DNA of 25,108 nucleotides, from the IMG/VR virus record IMGVR_UViG_3300022178_000067, positions 1-25,108 of that record; one strand, given 5' to 3'. The DNA is from a virus (Duplodnaviria; Caudoviricetes). Of the stretch, positions 7,414 through 16,011 are shown piece by piece. The notes under the pieces were generated by a model. The model was given only the letters and a program-made list of their open reading frames with translations. It had not been told where the DNA came from and searched no databases. Each line of letters starts with the position of its first letter. Position 1 is the first letter of the stretch. The position numbers and the translations under genes are program-made.

Positions 7414-9156
7414 ATGGCTGGCACAACTATCGAACTAAAATCTTTGCTTGGTCCTGACCAGATGGCTGTGGAGATTGCTACTCGTTGGCAGGATTGGTCT
7501 AACCTTCGTCAGAAGAAGGTAGACGAGTGGAAAGAACTCCGTAACTATCTGTACGCCACTGACACACGGACAACAAAGAATGCTATGTTGCCTTGGTCTA
7601 ACAGCACCACTACACCTAAGCTGACACAGATCATGGACAACCTTCATGCTAACTACTTTGCTACGTTGTTCCCACAGCAGAAGTGGATGCGGTTTGAGGC
7701 TGACACAAAAGATAGTAACGTCAAAGCTAAACGTGATGTGATCCAAGCCTACATGAACAACAAGGTTCGTCAGTCTGACTTCACTAACATTGCTTCTGAT
7801 CTGTTGTATGACTACATCCAGTACGGTAACTGCTTTGCTACTGTGACTTGGGAAGACTCCTATCAGGTTAAAGAAGCTGGTGATCTAGTTGTAAACTACG
7901 TTGGACCTAAGGTTGTACGTATCTCTCCATTCGATCTAGCCTTCAATCCTACAGCATCTAGCTTTGCTAAGTCTCCTAAGATCATCAAGTCTATCAAGAC
8001 GCTTGGTGAGATTCGTCGTATGATTGATGAAGATCCATCTAACTCCCACTTGGAAGCTATCTTCAACAAGATGATTGGTGCTCGTGCATCCATCCGTGGC
8101 TCTGATGATAACTACAAGGCTGATGGTTTTATTGCTGATGGCTTCTCGTCCATTCAACAGTACTACGAGTCTGACTATGTAGAGATCCTCACCTTCTACG
8201 GTGACTTCTATGATGCGTCTACAGGTAAGCTGCACAGTGATCGTGTCATTACAGTTGTTGACCGTGCCTACGTACTGGCTAACGAAGAGAACCCTAGCTG
8301 GTTGGGTAGTGCTCCTATCTTCCATGCTGGCTGGCGTCCACGTCCTGACAACCTCTATGCGATGGGTCCACTGGATAACCTCGTAGGTATGCAGTACCGT
8401 ATCGACCACCTTGAGAACCTTAAGGCTGATGTGTTCGACCAGATCGCATACCCTATGCTCAAGATCCGTGGTGATGTAGAAGACTTTGACTTCCAGCCTG
8501 GTGGCCGTATCTATATCGGTGAAGAGGGTGACGTAGGCTACATGGCACCTGATGCCACAGCCTTGCAAGCAGACCTGCAAATTAGGCTGCTGGAAGACAA
8601 GATGGAAGAGATGGCTGGTGCACCTAAGCAAGCTATGGGTATCCGTACTGCTGGCGAGAAGACAGCCTTTGAGGTACAGTCCCTACAGAATGCTGCCTCA
8701 CGTATCTTCGAACACAAGACTGCCCACTTCGAGAGAGTATTCCTTGAGCCTATCTTGAATGCAATGCTTGAAGTTAGCCGTCGTAACATGAACATGTCTG
8801 ACACCATCCGAGTTATGGATGATGCTACAGGTGCTGTGTTGTTCCGTACAATCACCAAGGATGACATCACAGCCAAAGGTAAGATCGTCCCTGTAGGTGC
8901 TCGTCACTTTGCTGAACGTGCTCGTCGTGTACAGAACCTTACACAGTTGTATCAGATCAAACTTGCTGATCCTTCTGTAGCAGCTCACATGTCAGGTAAA
9001 GAGTTTGCTCGTATCCTAGCTGATGAGCTTGGTGAGCCAACATTGTTCAGTGAGAACATCGCCGTTAGTGAACAACTAGAAACACAACAGCAGATGCAAG
9101 AAGCAGAAGCAGTTAACCAAGAACAGCTGATGGCTGCTCAACAGATGGGAATTTAA
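7414..9156 (+). CDS. portal (head-tail connector) protein
   Basis: 580 aa, immediately after TerL. Helical, with Gln-rich C-terminus and podovirus portal-like motifs (YGN.FA.V.W, GEKTAFEV). Confidence 0.88.
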   Translation: MAGTTIELKSLLGPDQMAVEIATRWQDWSNLRQKKVDEWKELRNYLYATDTRTTKNAMLPWSNSTTTPKLTQIMDNLHANYFATLFPQQKWMRFEADTKDSNVKAKRDVIQAYMNNKVRQSDFTNIASDLLYDYIQYGNCFATVTWEDSYQVKEAGDLVVNYVGPKVVRISPFDLAFNPTASSFAKSPKIIKSIKTLGEIRRMIDEDPSNSHLEAIFNKMIGARASIRGSDDNYKADGFIADGFSSIQQYYESDYVEILTFYGDFYDASTGKLHSDRVITVVDRAYVLANEENPSWLGSAPIFHAGWRPRPDNLYAMGPLDNLVGMQYRIDHLENLKADVFDQIAYPMLKIRGDVEDFDFQPGGRIYIGEEGDVGYMAPDATALQADLQIRLLEDKMEEMAGAPKQAMGIRTAGEKTAFEVQSLQNAASRIFEHKTAHFERVFLEPILNAMLEVSRRNMNMSDTIRVMDDATGAVLFRTITKDDITAKGKIVPVGARHFAERARRVQNLTQLYQIKLADPSVAAHMSGKEFARILADELGEPTLFSENIAVSEQLETQQQMQEAEAVNQEQLMAAQQMGI

Positions 9157-9158
9157 TT

Positions 9159-9368
9159 ATGAAGAAACCTATGCGTCCTAAGGCTCGTCCTACAGCCCCT
9201 AAGACATCACCTCGTCCTCAGGCCCGTCCGTACACAGATGTGAGTCCTCGTGCTGAGATGCGTACCGCAGGGCCTCTGCCACTGGGTAGAAACCGTATCG
9301 TAGACGTAAGCCCAAGTGCTGAGATGAGAACACCAGAACCCCGTCCACTCCCTAAGAAGAAACGGTAG
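9159..9368 (+). CDS. small Pro/Arg-rich basic protein with internal repeats
   Basis: 69 aa filling the gap between the portal and the next gene with 2-nt spacers. RPxARP occurs twice and DVSPxAEMRT twice, with synonymous divergence between copies. Confidence 0.75.
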   Translation: MKKPMRPKARPTAPKTSPRPQARPYTDVSPRAEMRTAGPLPLGRNRIVDVSPSAEMRTPEPRPLPKKKR

Positions 9369-9370
9369 TA

Positions 9371-9613
9371 ATGCAGACAGCATGGCTTAAGGGTCTCAAG
9401 GGACAAGACAAAGAGAAACGTAAGGCTGAGGTACTTGGTTATCGGAATGCCTTCGACTCTCTCAAAGAAATTCTCGAACGTGATTTCAAGAAGAAACAAT
9501 CCGTTCGTGATTATGAAGCCCCAAACTGGGAGCTTCGCCAGATCGCAGTCAATGAGTATAACCAGTCTCTAGACGATCTGATTAAATTAATCACACTGGA
9601 ACACAAGGAATAA
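9371..9613 (+). CDS. hypothetical phage protein (head module)
   Basis: 80 aa helical ORF tightly packed between the portal region and the scaffold. Confidence 0.75.
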   Translation: MQTAWLKGLKGQDKEKRKAEVLGYRNAFDSLKEILERDFKKKQSVRDYEAPNWELRQIAVNEYNQSLDDLIKLITLEHKE

Positions 9614-9615
9614 AT

Positions 9616-10395
9616 ATGAGTGTATTTACTGAGGGTAATGTAACCACACAAGCTACTCAGACAGAGCAACAAACTACAGAGACAACCCCACCACAGGATT
9701 CTTTTGTAGCCAAGCTCGTAGAGGCAAAGGGAGAGAACTGGGGCAACCCTGAAGTTTTAGCTAAAGGGAAACTCGAAGCTGATAACTACATCCAACAACT
9801 AGAAACTCAACTCACTCAGTTGAGAGAAGATCTAGGGAAACAGGATTATGCCGCAAAGCTTCTCGACCAATTACAGAATAAGGCCGCAGAACCCACCACT
9901 GCGAATACTGTAATGCCCAATAACAACAACAATATTGGTGGCACGTCAGAAGGGAACACCAACCCTAACCTGAGTGAGGAAGACCTGAAGAGCCTTGTCG
10001 AACAGACACTAACTGCACGAGAGAAGGATGGACTGGTAAAGCAGAATCTAGCTATCGTGGATCAGGAGTTGGAAAAGAGCTACGGCACAGAAGCCAAAGC
10101 TAAAGTCCAATCTAAAGCACAAGAACTTGGAATTAGTCTTGAACGTATGCAAGAGATTGCAGCTGAGAGTCCCAATGCTTTCTTTAGCCTGATCGGAGAA
10201 CCGAAGAAATCCTTTAACCCTATGGTACAAGGCTCGGTCAGAACAGAAGGTGTCAACATGCAAACTTCGGCTGAACGGAACTGGTCCTATTACCAGAACC
10301 TCCGTAAGTCGGATCGTCACACATACTATTCACCCAAGATCCAACAACAACTTATGGAAGATAAGATGCGGATGGGTGATAAGTTTGGCAATTAA
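9616..10395 (+). CDS. capsid scaffolding protein
   Basis: Directly upstream of the major capsid. Acidic, coiled-coil (KLEADNYIQQLETQLTQLREDL) with low-complexity linkers. SD AAGGA. Confidence 0.8.
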   Translation: MSVFTEGNVTTQATQTEQQTTETTPPQDSFVAKLVEAKGENWGNPEVLAKGKLEADNYIQQLETQLTQLREDLGKQDYAAKLLDQLQNKAAEPTTANTVMPNNNNNIGGTSEGNTNPNLSEEDLKSLVEQTLTAREKDGLVKQNLAIVDQELEKSYGTEAKAKVQSKAQELGISLERMQEIAAESPNAFFSLIGEPKKSFNPMVQGSVRTEGVNMQTSAERNWSYYQNLRKSDRHTYYSPKIQQQLMEDKMRMGDKFGN

Positions 10396-10437
10396 CTCAA
10401 CGAAGGTACAACCTTCACTTTATAAAGGACTAGCACA

Positions 10438-11412
10438 ATGGCTGGTATGATCTCCTCTAACGCTGACATGCAGCGTCTCATTCGTTCCGAGGTTTACTCC
10501 TCTGAGCTTAAAGACATCCTCCGTGATGAAATGCAAGCACAGAAGTACGTCCGTATGCTGGACGGCTTCCCTGATGGTGACACATTCACTATCCCAACAA
10601 TCGGTGAAACTGTTGTTGCTGACTACACAGAAGATTCTGCTGTAGCCTACACACCAATGGACACAGCCGAGTTCCAGTTCACTGTTGACCAGTACCTCCA
10701 GTCGGGTACTTACATCACCAAGAAGGCAGCACAGGACTCGTTCTACTCTGCACAACTGGAAGCCCGTTTTGTTCCTGAGCAAGAACGTGCAATCATGGAG
10801 CACTTCGAAGCTACGACTTTTGCTTCCCCTGAAGTTGGTGTTACAGCTAACTCCGCAGAAGCTATCAACAGCATTGCACACCGTATCTCTGGTGGCAACG
10901 CAGGTCGTCTTGAGCTTGAAGACTTCGCATTTGCTCGTTTTGCTTTGAAGAAAGCTAACGTTCCAGACCGTGGCTTGGTTGCTGTAGTCGATCCATCTGT
11001 TGAGTACCAGCTGAACACACTGACCAACTTGGTTAACGTGTCCAACAACCCAATGTGGGAAGGTATCGTTCGTGATGGTATCGCAACTGGTATGCGTTTC
11101 GTAGCTAACGTTTACGGCTTCGACGTATACACATCCAACTACCTCAAGGGTACAGTAGCTGATGCTGCTCTGCTTGAGAAGGATGGCACAACAGGTAACG
11201 ACTTCTCCACCAACAACGGTGTTGCTAACTTGTTCTTCTCTGCTGACCAGACTGCTAACCCATTCGTGGGTGCATGGCGTCAGATGCCTGAGGTTGACTA
11301 CGAGTACAACAAAGACATGCAACGTCACGAGTATGTAACTACTGCTCGTTACGGTGTTAAGAAGTACCGTCCAGAGGGTATCGTGACTGTTGTCACCAAC
11401 CCAGCTGTATAA
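10438..11412 (+). CDS. major capsid protein (HK97 fold, T7/P22-like)
   Basis: 324 aa with GDT..IP.IG, VP..G.VAVVDP, YGFDVY.SN.L and YGVK.YRPE motifs. Strongly biased codon usage. Followed by a terminator. Confidence 0.92.
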   Translation: MAGMISSNADMQRLIRSEVYSSELKDILRDEMQAQKYVRMLDGFPDGDTFTIPTIGETVVADYTEDSAVAYTPMDTAEFQFTVDQYLQSGTYITKKAAQDSFYSAQLEARFVPEQERAIMEHFEATTFASPEVGVTANSAEAINSIAHRISGGNAGRLELEDFAFARFALKKANVPDRGLVAVVDPSVEYQLNTLTNLVNVSNNPMWEGIVRDGIATGMRFVANVYGFDVYTSNYLKGTVADAALLEKDGTTGNDFSTNNGVANLFFSADQTANPFVGAWRQMPEVDYEYNKDMQRHEYVTTARYGVKKYRPEGIVTVVTNPAV

Positions 11413-11423
11413 GATCTAAGGTT

Positions 11424-11461
11424 GGGGGGCTTCGGCTCCCCTCCCTACTTTATTCCATTTT
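11424..11461 (+). terminator. rho-independent terminator after the major capsid gene
   Basis: GGGGGGC-TTCG-GCTCCCC stem with a cUUCGg tetraloop (11424-11441), then an interrupted T-rich tract. Confidence 0.75.
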
Positions 11462-11465
11462 GTTA

Positions 11466-11493
11466 TTGACAGATCTGAAATAACTTGTATAAT
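11466..11493 (+). promoter_or_regulatory. consensus sigma70 promoter for the tail/ejection genes
   Basis: Exact TTGACA (11466-11471), 16 nt, exact TATAAT (11488-11493), directly after the capsid terminator. Confidence 0.8.
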
Positions 11494-11559
11494 TTCATTA
11501 TCGGTACCCCGATGGTATATACCCTATAAGTATATCCACTAACATCTAAGGACATAGAC

Positions 11560-12126
11560 ATGGTTAATGTAAACCACAGTACACTCACAGACCCATATCT
11601 CCATGAACCTAAGGGTGTATCTACAGCTTCTGCTAATGAAGTATATGTAGCCAATGGTACAGGTGCAGGTGCTTGGAAGACAGTTCAAAAGTACGTTAAT
11701 GGATACGTACCATTTGATGCTGTAACACCTGCCTACCAACATTCAGTAACTACTAGCTTCACACCTCTAAACCCTACGTTCTCAATATCTGAAGTTGAAG
11801 GTTGGGTAGGTGAGGCATCCCCTAATGCTCGTCTCAAGTACACAGGTACAGAGACTATTGTATCCTTCACTAACTTTACCTTCAGCTACAAGAATGACTC
11901 AGGCACTAGCCGTGACTTAGAAGTCGTCTTCTACAAGAATGGTTCTGTTATGAATGGTGGTCACATCATTGTGACAGCTGTCTCTGGTGAATGGAAACAT
12001 GCTACTCTGACTGACATTGGTACATTCTCAACTAATGATTACCTAGAGATTTATGTTAAAGGTAGTGCAGCCTTCACACTTGATATAGCATCTGCCAGCC
12101 TTACAGCTATGGGGGCCTTAGCATAA
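11560..12126 (+). CDS. putative virion fibre/decoration protein with C1q/TNF-like C-terminal domain
   Basis: N-terminal H..L.DP.LHEPKG...VANG.G.G.W segment. C-terminal beta pattern FYKNGS...NDYLEIYV recalls C1q/BclA-C jelly rolls. SD AAGGA. Confidence 0.55.
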   Translation: MVNVNHSTLTDPYLHEPKGVSTASANEVYVANGTGAGAWKTVQKYVNGYVPFDAVTPAYQHSVTTSFTPLNPTFSISEVEGWVGEASPNARLKYTGTETIVSFTNFTFSYKNDSGTSRDLEVVFYKNGSVMNGGHIIVTAVSGEWKHATLTDIGTFSTNDYLEIYVKGSAAFTLDIASASLTAMGALA

Positions 12127-12845
12127 TGAAACGTACCCTCCTTGAAATGACACAAAGCATTCTGAGTGACATGGACTCAGAGGGTGTAAACTCAATCAGT
12201 GATACTGTAGAAGCTGAACAAGTTGCTTCTGTTATTGAGGATACATTCTTTAATATTGTAGCAGCTAGAGACATTCCTGAGCATCAACAGCTTATCAAGC
12301 TTACTTCATTGTCTGATAGCTCTAAGCCTACTCACTTCAAGTATCCAACTAATACTCGTAAGCTTGAGGCTGTCCAGTATAACGTAGGAACTAACTACGG
12401 CTACGTTAAGTATGTAGACCCTATCACCTTCCTGGATCGTATGAACCCTAGTGGAACAGTTGTAACTGTTACTGACGTGAAGGGTGGTACTCCACTCTAC
12501 ATTCGTAATGATTGTATGCCTTCCTACTACACAAGCTTTGATGATGAGAACATTGTCATGGATAGCTTCGATGCATCTGTAGAAGCAATCCTACAGACAA
12601 GTAAGACAAGAGCCTACGGATATATCTACCCAACCTTTAGTCAGACTGATAGCTTCGTTCCTGACATTGATGACACCATGCTGCCCTACCTCCTTGCTGA
12701 AGCTAAGTCAGTCTGCTTCTCTTTGTTCAAGTCAGGCAGTGACCCTAAGATTGAGCAGTCAGCTCGTCGTCTAAAGTCTTCAGTACAGAATGACATGTAC
12801 AAAACTAAGATGGCTAACAAGAGACCAAACTACGGGAGAACCTAA
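12126..12845 (+). CDS. tail adaptor (tail tubular protein A, T7 gp11-like)
   Basis: N-terminal LLEMTQSILSDMDSEGVNSI resembles the first helix of gp11-type adaptors. Size and position fit. TAATG coupling. Confidence 0.75.
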   Translation: MKRTLLEMTQSILSDMDSEGVNSISDTVEAEQVASVIEDTFFNIVAARDIPEHQQLIKLTSLSDSSKPTHFKYPTNTRKLEAVQYNVGTNYGYVKYVDPITFLDRMNPSGTVVTVTDVKGGTPLYIRNDCMPSYYTSFDDENIVMDSFDASVEAILQTSKTRAYGYIYPTFSQTDSFVPDIDDTMLPYLLAEAKSVCFSLFKSGSDPKIEQSARRLKSSVQNDMYKTKMANKRPNYGRT

Positions 12846-13177
12846 TGGTTCAATTTGAAGAAGATACATCCAACCAAAGGTGTGTTTGTAAGTCTGATAA
12901 GCTAGTCACAGATATTATCATTGAGAAGTCTATCGGTGGTTTCAGGTTCTTTGAGATTAAAGTTACCAAGGGTTCTGTACCACAGGCTTTGTCAGGTAAG
13001 TTTACTAGCATCAGAGCAGCCAAGAAAGCTGTAGAGGACTACCTCCGTAAGAAGGAAGATACCCCAGCCGCCCGAAGAGAGTACTTCGCCAAAGCCAGAG
13101 AAGAACGGAACAAAGAGAATGCCACAAAGTCTAAAGCAAAAGGTAGTAAACACGTTCGTCAAGGGCCTGATAACTGA
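12845..13177 (+). CDS. hypothetical phage protein
   Basis: 110 aa, TAATG-coupled to the adaptor. Basic C-terminus overlaps the nozzle gene by 59 nt. Confidence 0.7.
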   Translation: MVQFEEDTSNQRCVCKSDKLVTDIIIEKSIGGFRFFEIKVTKGSVPQALSGKFTSIRAAKKAVEDYLRKKEDTPAARREYFAKAREERNKENATKSKAKGSKHVRQGPDN

Positions 13178-15269
13178 GGCTGGTGAGCTAACATTTCCTG
13201 AGGATGCATCTATTGATGAGCTTAACTGTCTCTTGAATAGGGATGGATCTCGTAGACGTAGACTAGCTGTTGAGGTGGAGGAGAGTAATGTCTTGTCCAC
13301 CTTTAATGTTACAACTACAGGTGAGTTCACTACAGGCCGTTGGGTTAACGTAGCTGGTCAGCCTGGTTTAGAGTTCCTTGTAGTCCAGAACAACAACACA
13401 CTGTACTTCTACAACCTAGCCTCTGAGCCTTACTCAGCTGGGCAGAAGTCTTTCACTGTAGCCCTGACAACCTTCGAGAATGCTGGTAGCCCAGGTGCAG
13501 GTACATCTCGTATGCAAGTAGCATCTATTAATGGTGACCTTGTTGTAGTCTCCTCAGCTATTGATCCTTTCTATATTGAGTATGACCCCACTACAGATAG
13601 CATCACAACTACTAAGATCACTCCTCGTGTAAGAGACTTTGATTGGCAAGGGCCAACTGAAAACTATTCAATAAAAAGTGCTTCACCATCTATTGGACGT
13701 ATATACGACACCACTAACGCAGGGTGGACAGATACTAAAGGTTCAGCTGCCTTAACAGACTACAGGACAGCTAACACAGCCTACCCACCCCTTACACACC
13801 CTTGGTACTCAGGTAAGAATGCTGACGGTAACTTCAGTGAGGCTGAGTGGCAGAAGCTGTTTGCTGGTACATCCCTTACAGGTAACGGACACTACGTCCT
13901 AGATTTCTTTAATAAGGTTAGAGCTGGTTTACCTACTGAGACTGAGGCATCAAGGTTCTCTACTGTAGCAGCCTACTCAGGTCGTATCTTTTATGCTGGA
14001 TTGACTTCTCCCAAGAATAGTGGTAGAATACTATTCAGTAAGCAGCTAGATAACATCAATGAAGCTGGTCGTTGCAGTCAACAGAATGATCCAGTATCAG
14101 AATACTACAGTGACTTGTTAGACACAGACGGTGGTGTCATTTTAATCCCTGATGCCCACAACATTAAGAAGCTACATGTAATTGGATCTACTCTTCTTAT
14201 CTTTGCTGAGAATGGTGTATGGCAGATCTCAGGTGTAGACAATGTATTCAGAGCTACAGAGTATTCTATCTCCCGTATCACTGACATTGGTATTACCAAC
14301 ACATCTACGTTTGTAACTGTAAGTGACATCCCTATGTGGTGGTCACAGCATGGCATCCACACTATCTCATTCGATCCTGCGAGTGGTAAGGGCCAAGAGC
14401 AGAACCTTTCTATTCCTACTATCCAGAAGTTCTTCGATAGTATTGATGGTAATGCCAAGCAGAGATGCACAGCTGCCTATGATGCTACAAATAAACGAGT
14501 GCATTGGTTCTACCCTAACAACGGTACTGGGGACTTCAACAAGAAGAACAGAGTACTCACGTTAGATATCACTCTTCAAGCCTTCTATCCTTGGGAAGTA
14601 TCTGACAGTGAAGGTTCTTCGAACTACATTATCGGTGCTGAGTATCTCCAAGGCTTTGGGTCTGACTTCGTAGACTTCGATGTGTTTACCTCTGGAGGTG
14701 ATGACGTAGTTACCTCAGCTGGTGGTGATGTAGTAGTGACTAAGCTATCTCAGTTAGCTCAAGCTGACAGCTCAGTATCTTTGATGGTCTACGATGCAGC
14801 CTCAGGTAAGATGACTATTGGCTTCTTCCAAGGTATAGGTTTCCTAGACTGGGGTACAGCTGACTACAGTAGCTATGCTGAAGCTGGCTATGACTTCCTT
14901 GGTGACTTGGTACTCAAGAAGAATGCACCGTATATACAGGTGTATCTACGTCCCACTGAGACTGGGTTTGCAGGTAGTGACGAACTAGGTTATACTCCAG
15001 TACGTGAGTCCTCCTTGTTAGTATCGTCTTATTGGGACTTCCGTAAGACAACATCTTCTAACCCACAGCAAGCTTATCGTCTCAAGTACACACCAGTAGT
15101 GAACGAGTCTAACTTAAACACTTGGGACTATCCTGAAAATGTCGTAACCACACGACTTAAAATGAGAGGTCATGGCCGTAGTATGAGACTGAGGTTCGAG
15201 AGTGAACCAGGTAAGGACTTCGTACTGCTAGGCTTTGGAATTATTAGTGCAGCAAACTCACGTTTCTAA
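13119..15269 (+). CDS. tail nozzle (tail tubular protein B, T7 gp12 / P22 gp10-like beta-propeller)
   Basis: 716 aa, beta-rich, with an N-terminal F.KGL.TE motif and propeller-like repeats (GRIFYAG, LLIFAENGVWQI). Positioned after the adaptor. Confidence 0.8.
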   Translation: MPQSLKQKVVNTFVKGLITEAGELTFPEDASIDELNCLLNRDGSRRRRLAVEVEESNVLSTFNVTTTGEFTTGRWVNVAGQPGLEFLVVQNNNTLYFYNLASEPYSAGQKSFTVALTTFENAGSPGAGTSRMQVASINGDLVVVSSAIDPFYIEYDPTTDSITTTKITPRVRDFDWQGPTENYSIKSASPSIGRIYDTTNAGWTDTKGSAALTDYRTANTAYPPLTHPWYSGKNADGNFSEAEWQKLFAGTSLTGNGHYVLDFFNKVRAGLPTETEASRFSTVAAYSGRIFYAGLTSPKNSGRILFSKQLDNINEAGRCSQQNDPVSEYYSDLLDTDGGVILIPDAHNIKKLHVIGSTLLIFAENGVWQISGVDNVFRATEYSISRITDIGITNTSTFVTVSDIPMWWSQHGIHTISFDPASGKGQEQNLSIPTIQKFFDSIDGNAKQRCTAAYDATNKRVHWFYPNNGTGDFNKKNRVLTLDITLQAFYPWEVSDSEGSSNYIIGAEYLQGFGSDFVDFDVFTSGGDDVVTSAGGDVVVTKLSQLAQADSSVSLMVYDAASGKMTIGFFQGIGFLDWGTADYSSYAEAGYDFLGDLVLKKNAPYIQVYLRPTETGFAGSDELGYTPVRESSLLVSSYWDFRKTTSSNPQQAYRLKYTPVVNESNLNTWDYPENVVTTRLKMRGHGRSMRLRFESEPGKDFVLLGFGIISAANSRF

Positions 15270-15573
15270 CCAACCACGATACAAAAGACTAAACGGCATT
15301 AAGGGTGAAAACTTTGAAGCTCATATAGAGTACGGCGGAGGTCTCGTAGCAATTCATTTACCAGTAGTTGACAAGTTTGATCGTTCAACATTTATAGAAA
15401 TGAAGTTCATGCTTGAAGATTGGGATAAGTTCTTTAAGGCGTCAGGGTATCCTGAGACACATATAGCCTTCGAACCAGACAAGACAAAATTAGCTAGATT
15501 AGTGGTTAGACTTGGTTTTGAGTACCTTGAGTACCACGAAGGCTTATCTATCTACAGATATATAGGAGAATAA
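15235..15573 (+). CDS. T7 gp13-position assembly protein, GNAT-like fold
   Basis: Lies between the nozzle and the ejection proteins. C-terminal ARLVVRLGFE resembles the GNAT LGF motif. Start uncertain (TTG 15235 or GTG 15247). Confidence 0.5.
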   Translation: MELLVQQTHVSNQPRYKRLNGIKGENFEAHIEYGGGLVAIHLPVVDKFDRSTFIEMKFMLEDWDKFFKASGYPETHIAFEPDKTKLARLVVRLGFEYLEYHEGLSIYRYIGE

Positions 15574-15574
15574 A

Positions 15575-16009
15575 ATGAACCCAGCCACCCTTATACTCGC
15601 AGTCGTAGCTACAGCTGCCACGGTTTCGTCTATCAGTCAGCAAAAGAAGGCAGCAGCAGCTCAACGTCAACAGCAGCAACTACAGGCTCAACGTAGCCAA
15701 CGTCAGGCTATTAGGGAAGCTCAGATCAGACGTGCTCAGACACAGGCATCAGCTCAAGGTATGGGTATCATTGGTGGCTCTGCTCTTGGTGGTGGTCTAT
15801 CTTCATTGTCATCTCAGCTTGGCGGCTCACTAGGTTATGCAGGTCAGCAGTCAGGTCTCTCTAAGGAGATCAGCATTGCATCCTCTAAGGCTCAGACAGC
15901 TGGTGCTGTAGCTGGACTTGGTATGCAAGCCTTCTCATCTTTTGGAGGCTTTGGTGGAGGAACACCTGCTCCTGATGCATCAGCTCTTCTTAAGAATGTG
16001 GGTCCATAA
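15575..16009 (+). CDS. internal virion/ejection protein (T7 gp14-like)
   Basis: Hydrophobic N-terminus, Gln/Ala coiled coil and Gly/Ser-rich membrane-active segments. SD AGGAG. Confidence 0.7.
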   Translation: MNPATLILAVVATAATVSSISQQKKAAAAQRQQQQLQAQRSQRQAIREAQIRRAQTQASAQGMGIIGGSALGGGLSSLSSQLGGSLGYAGQQSGLSKEISIASSKAQTAGAVAGLGMQAFSSFGGFGGGTPAPDASALLKNVGP

Positions 16010-16011
16010 CA

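Noticed and set aside
7936-8631. 231-aa antisense ORF over the portal gene, and the other short antisense or out-of-frame ORFs in the track
   Set aside because: Same in-register shadow effect. They lie inside well-supported genes and have no protein-like features.
10420-11328. 302-aa antisense ORF over the major capsid gene
   Set aside because: It is in codon register with the capsid gene, so it stays open simply because a highly expressed gene avoids TTA/CTA/TCA codons. No recognisable motifs.
11380-11423. T7 10A/10B-type capsid frameshift or readthrough extension
   Set aside because: No slippery heptamer near the stop. TAA is followed directly by a terminator.
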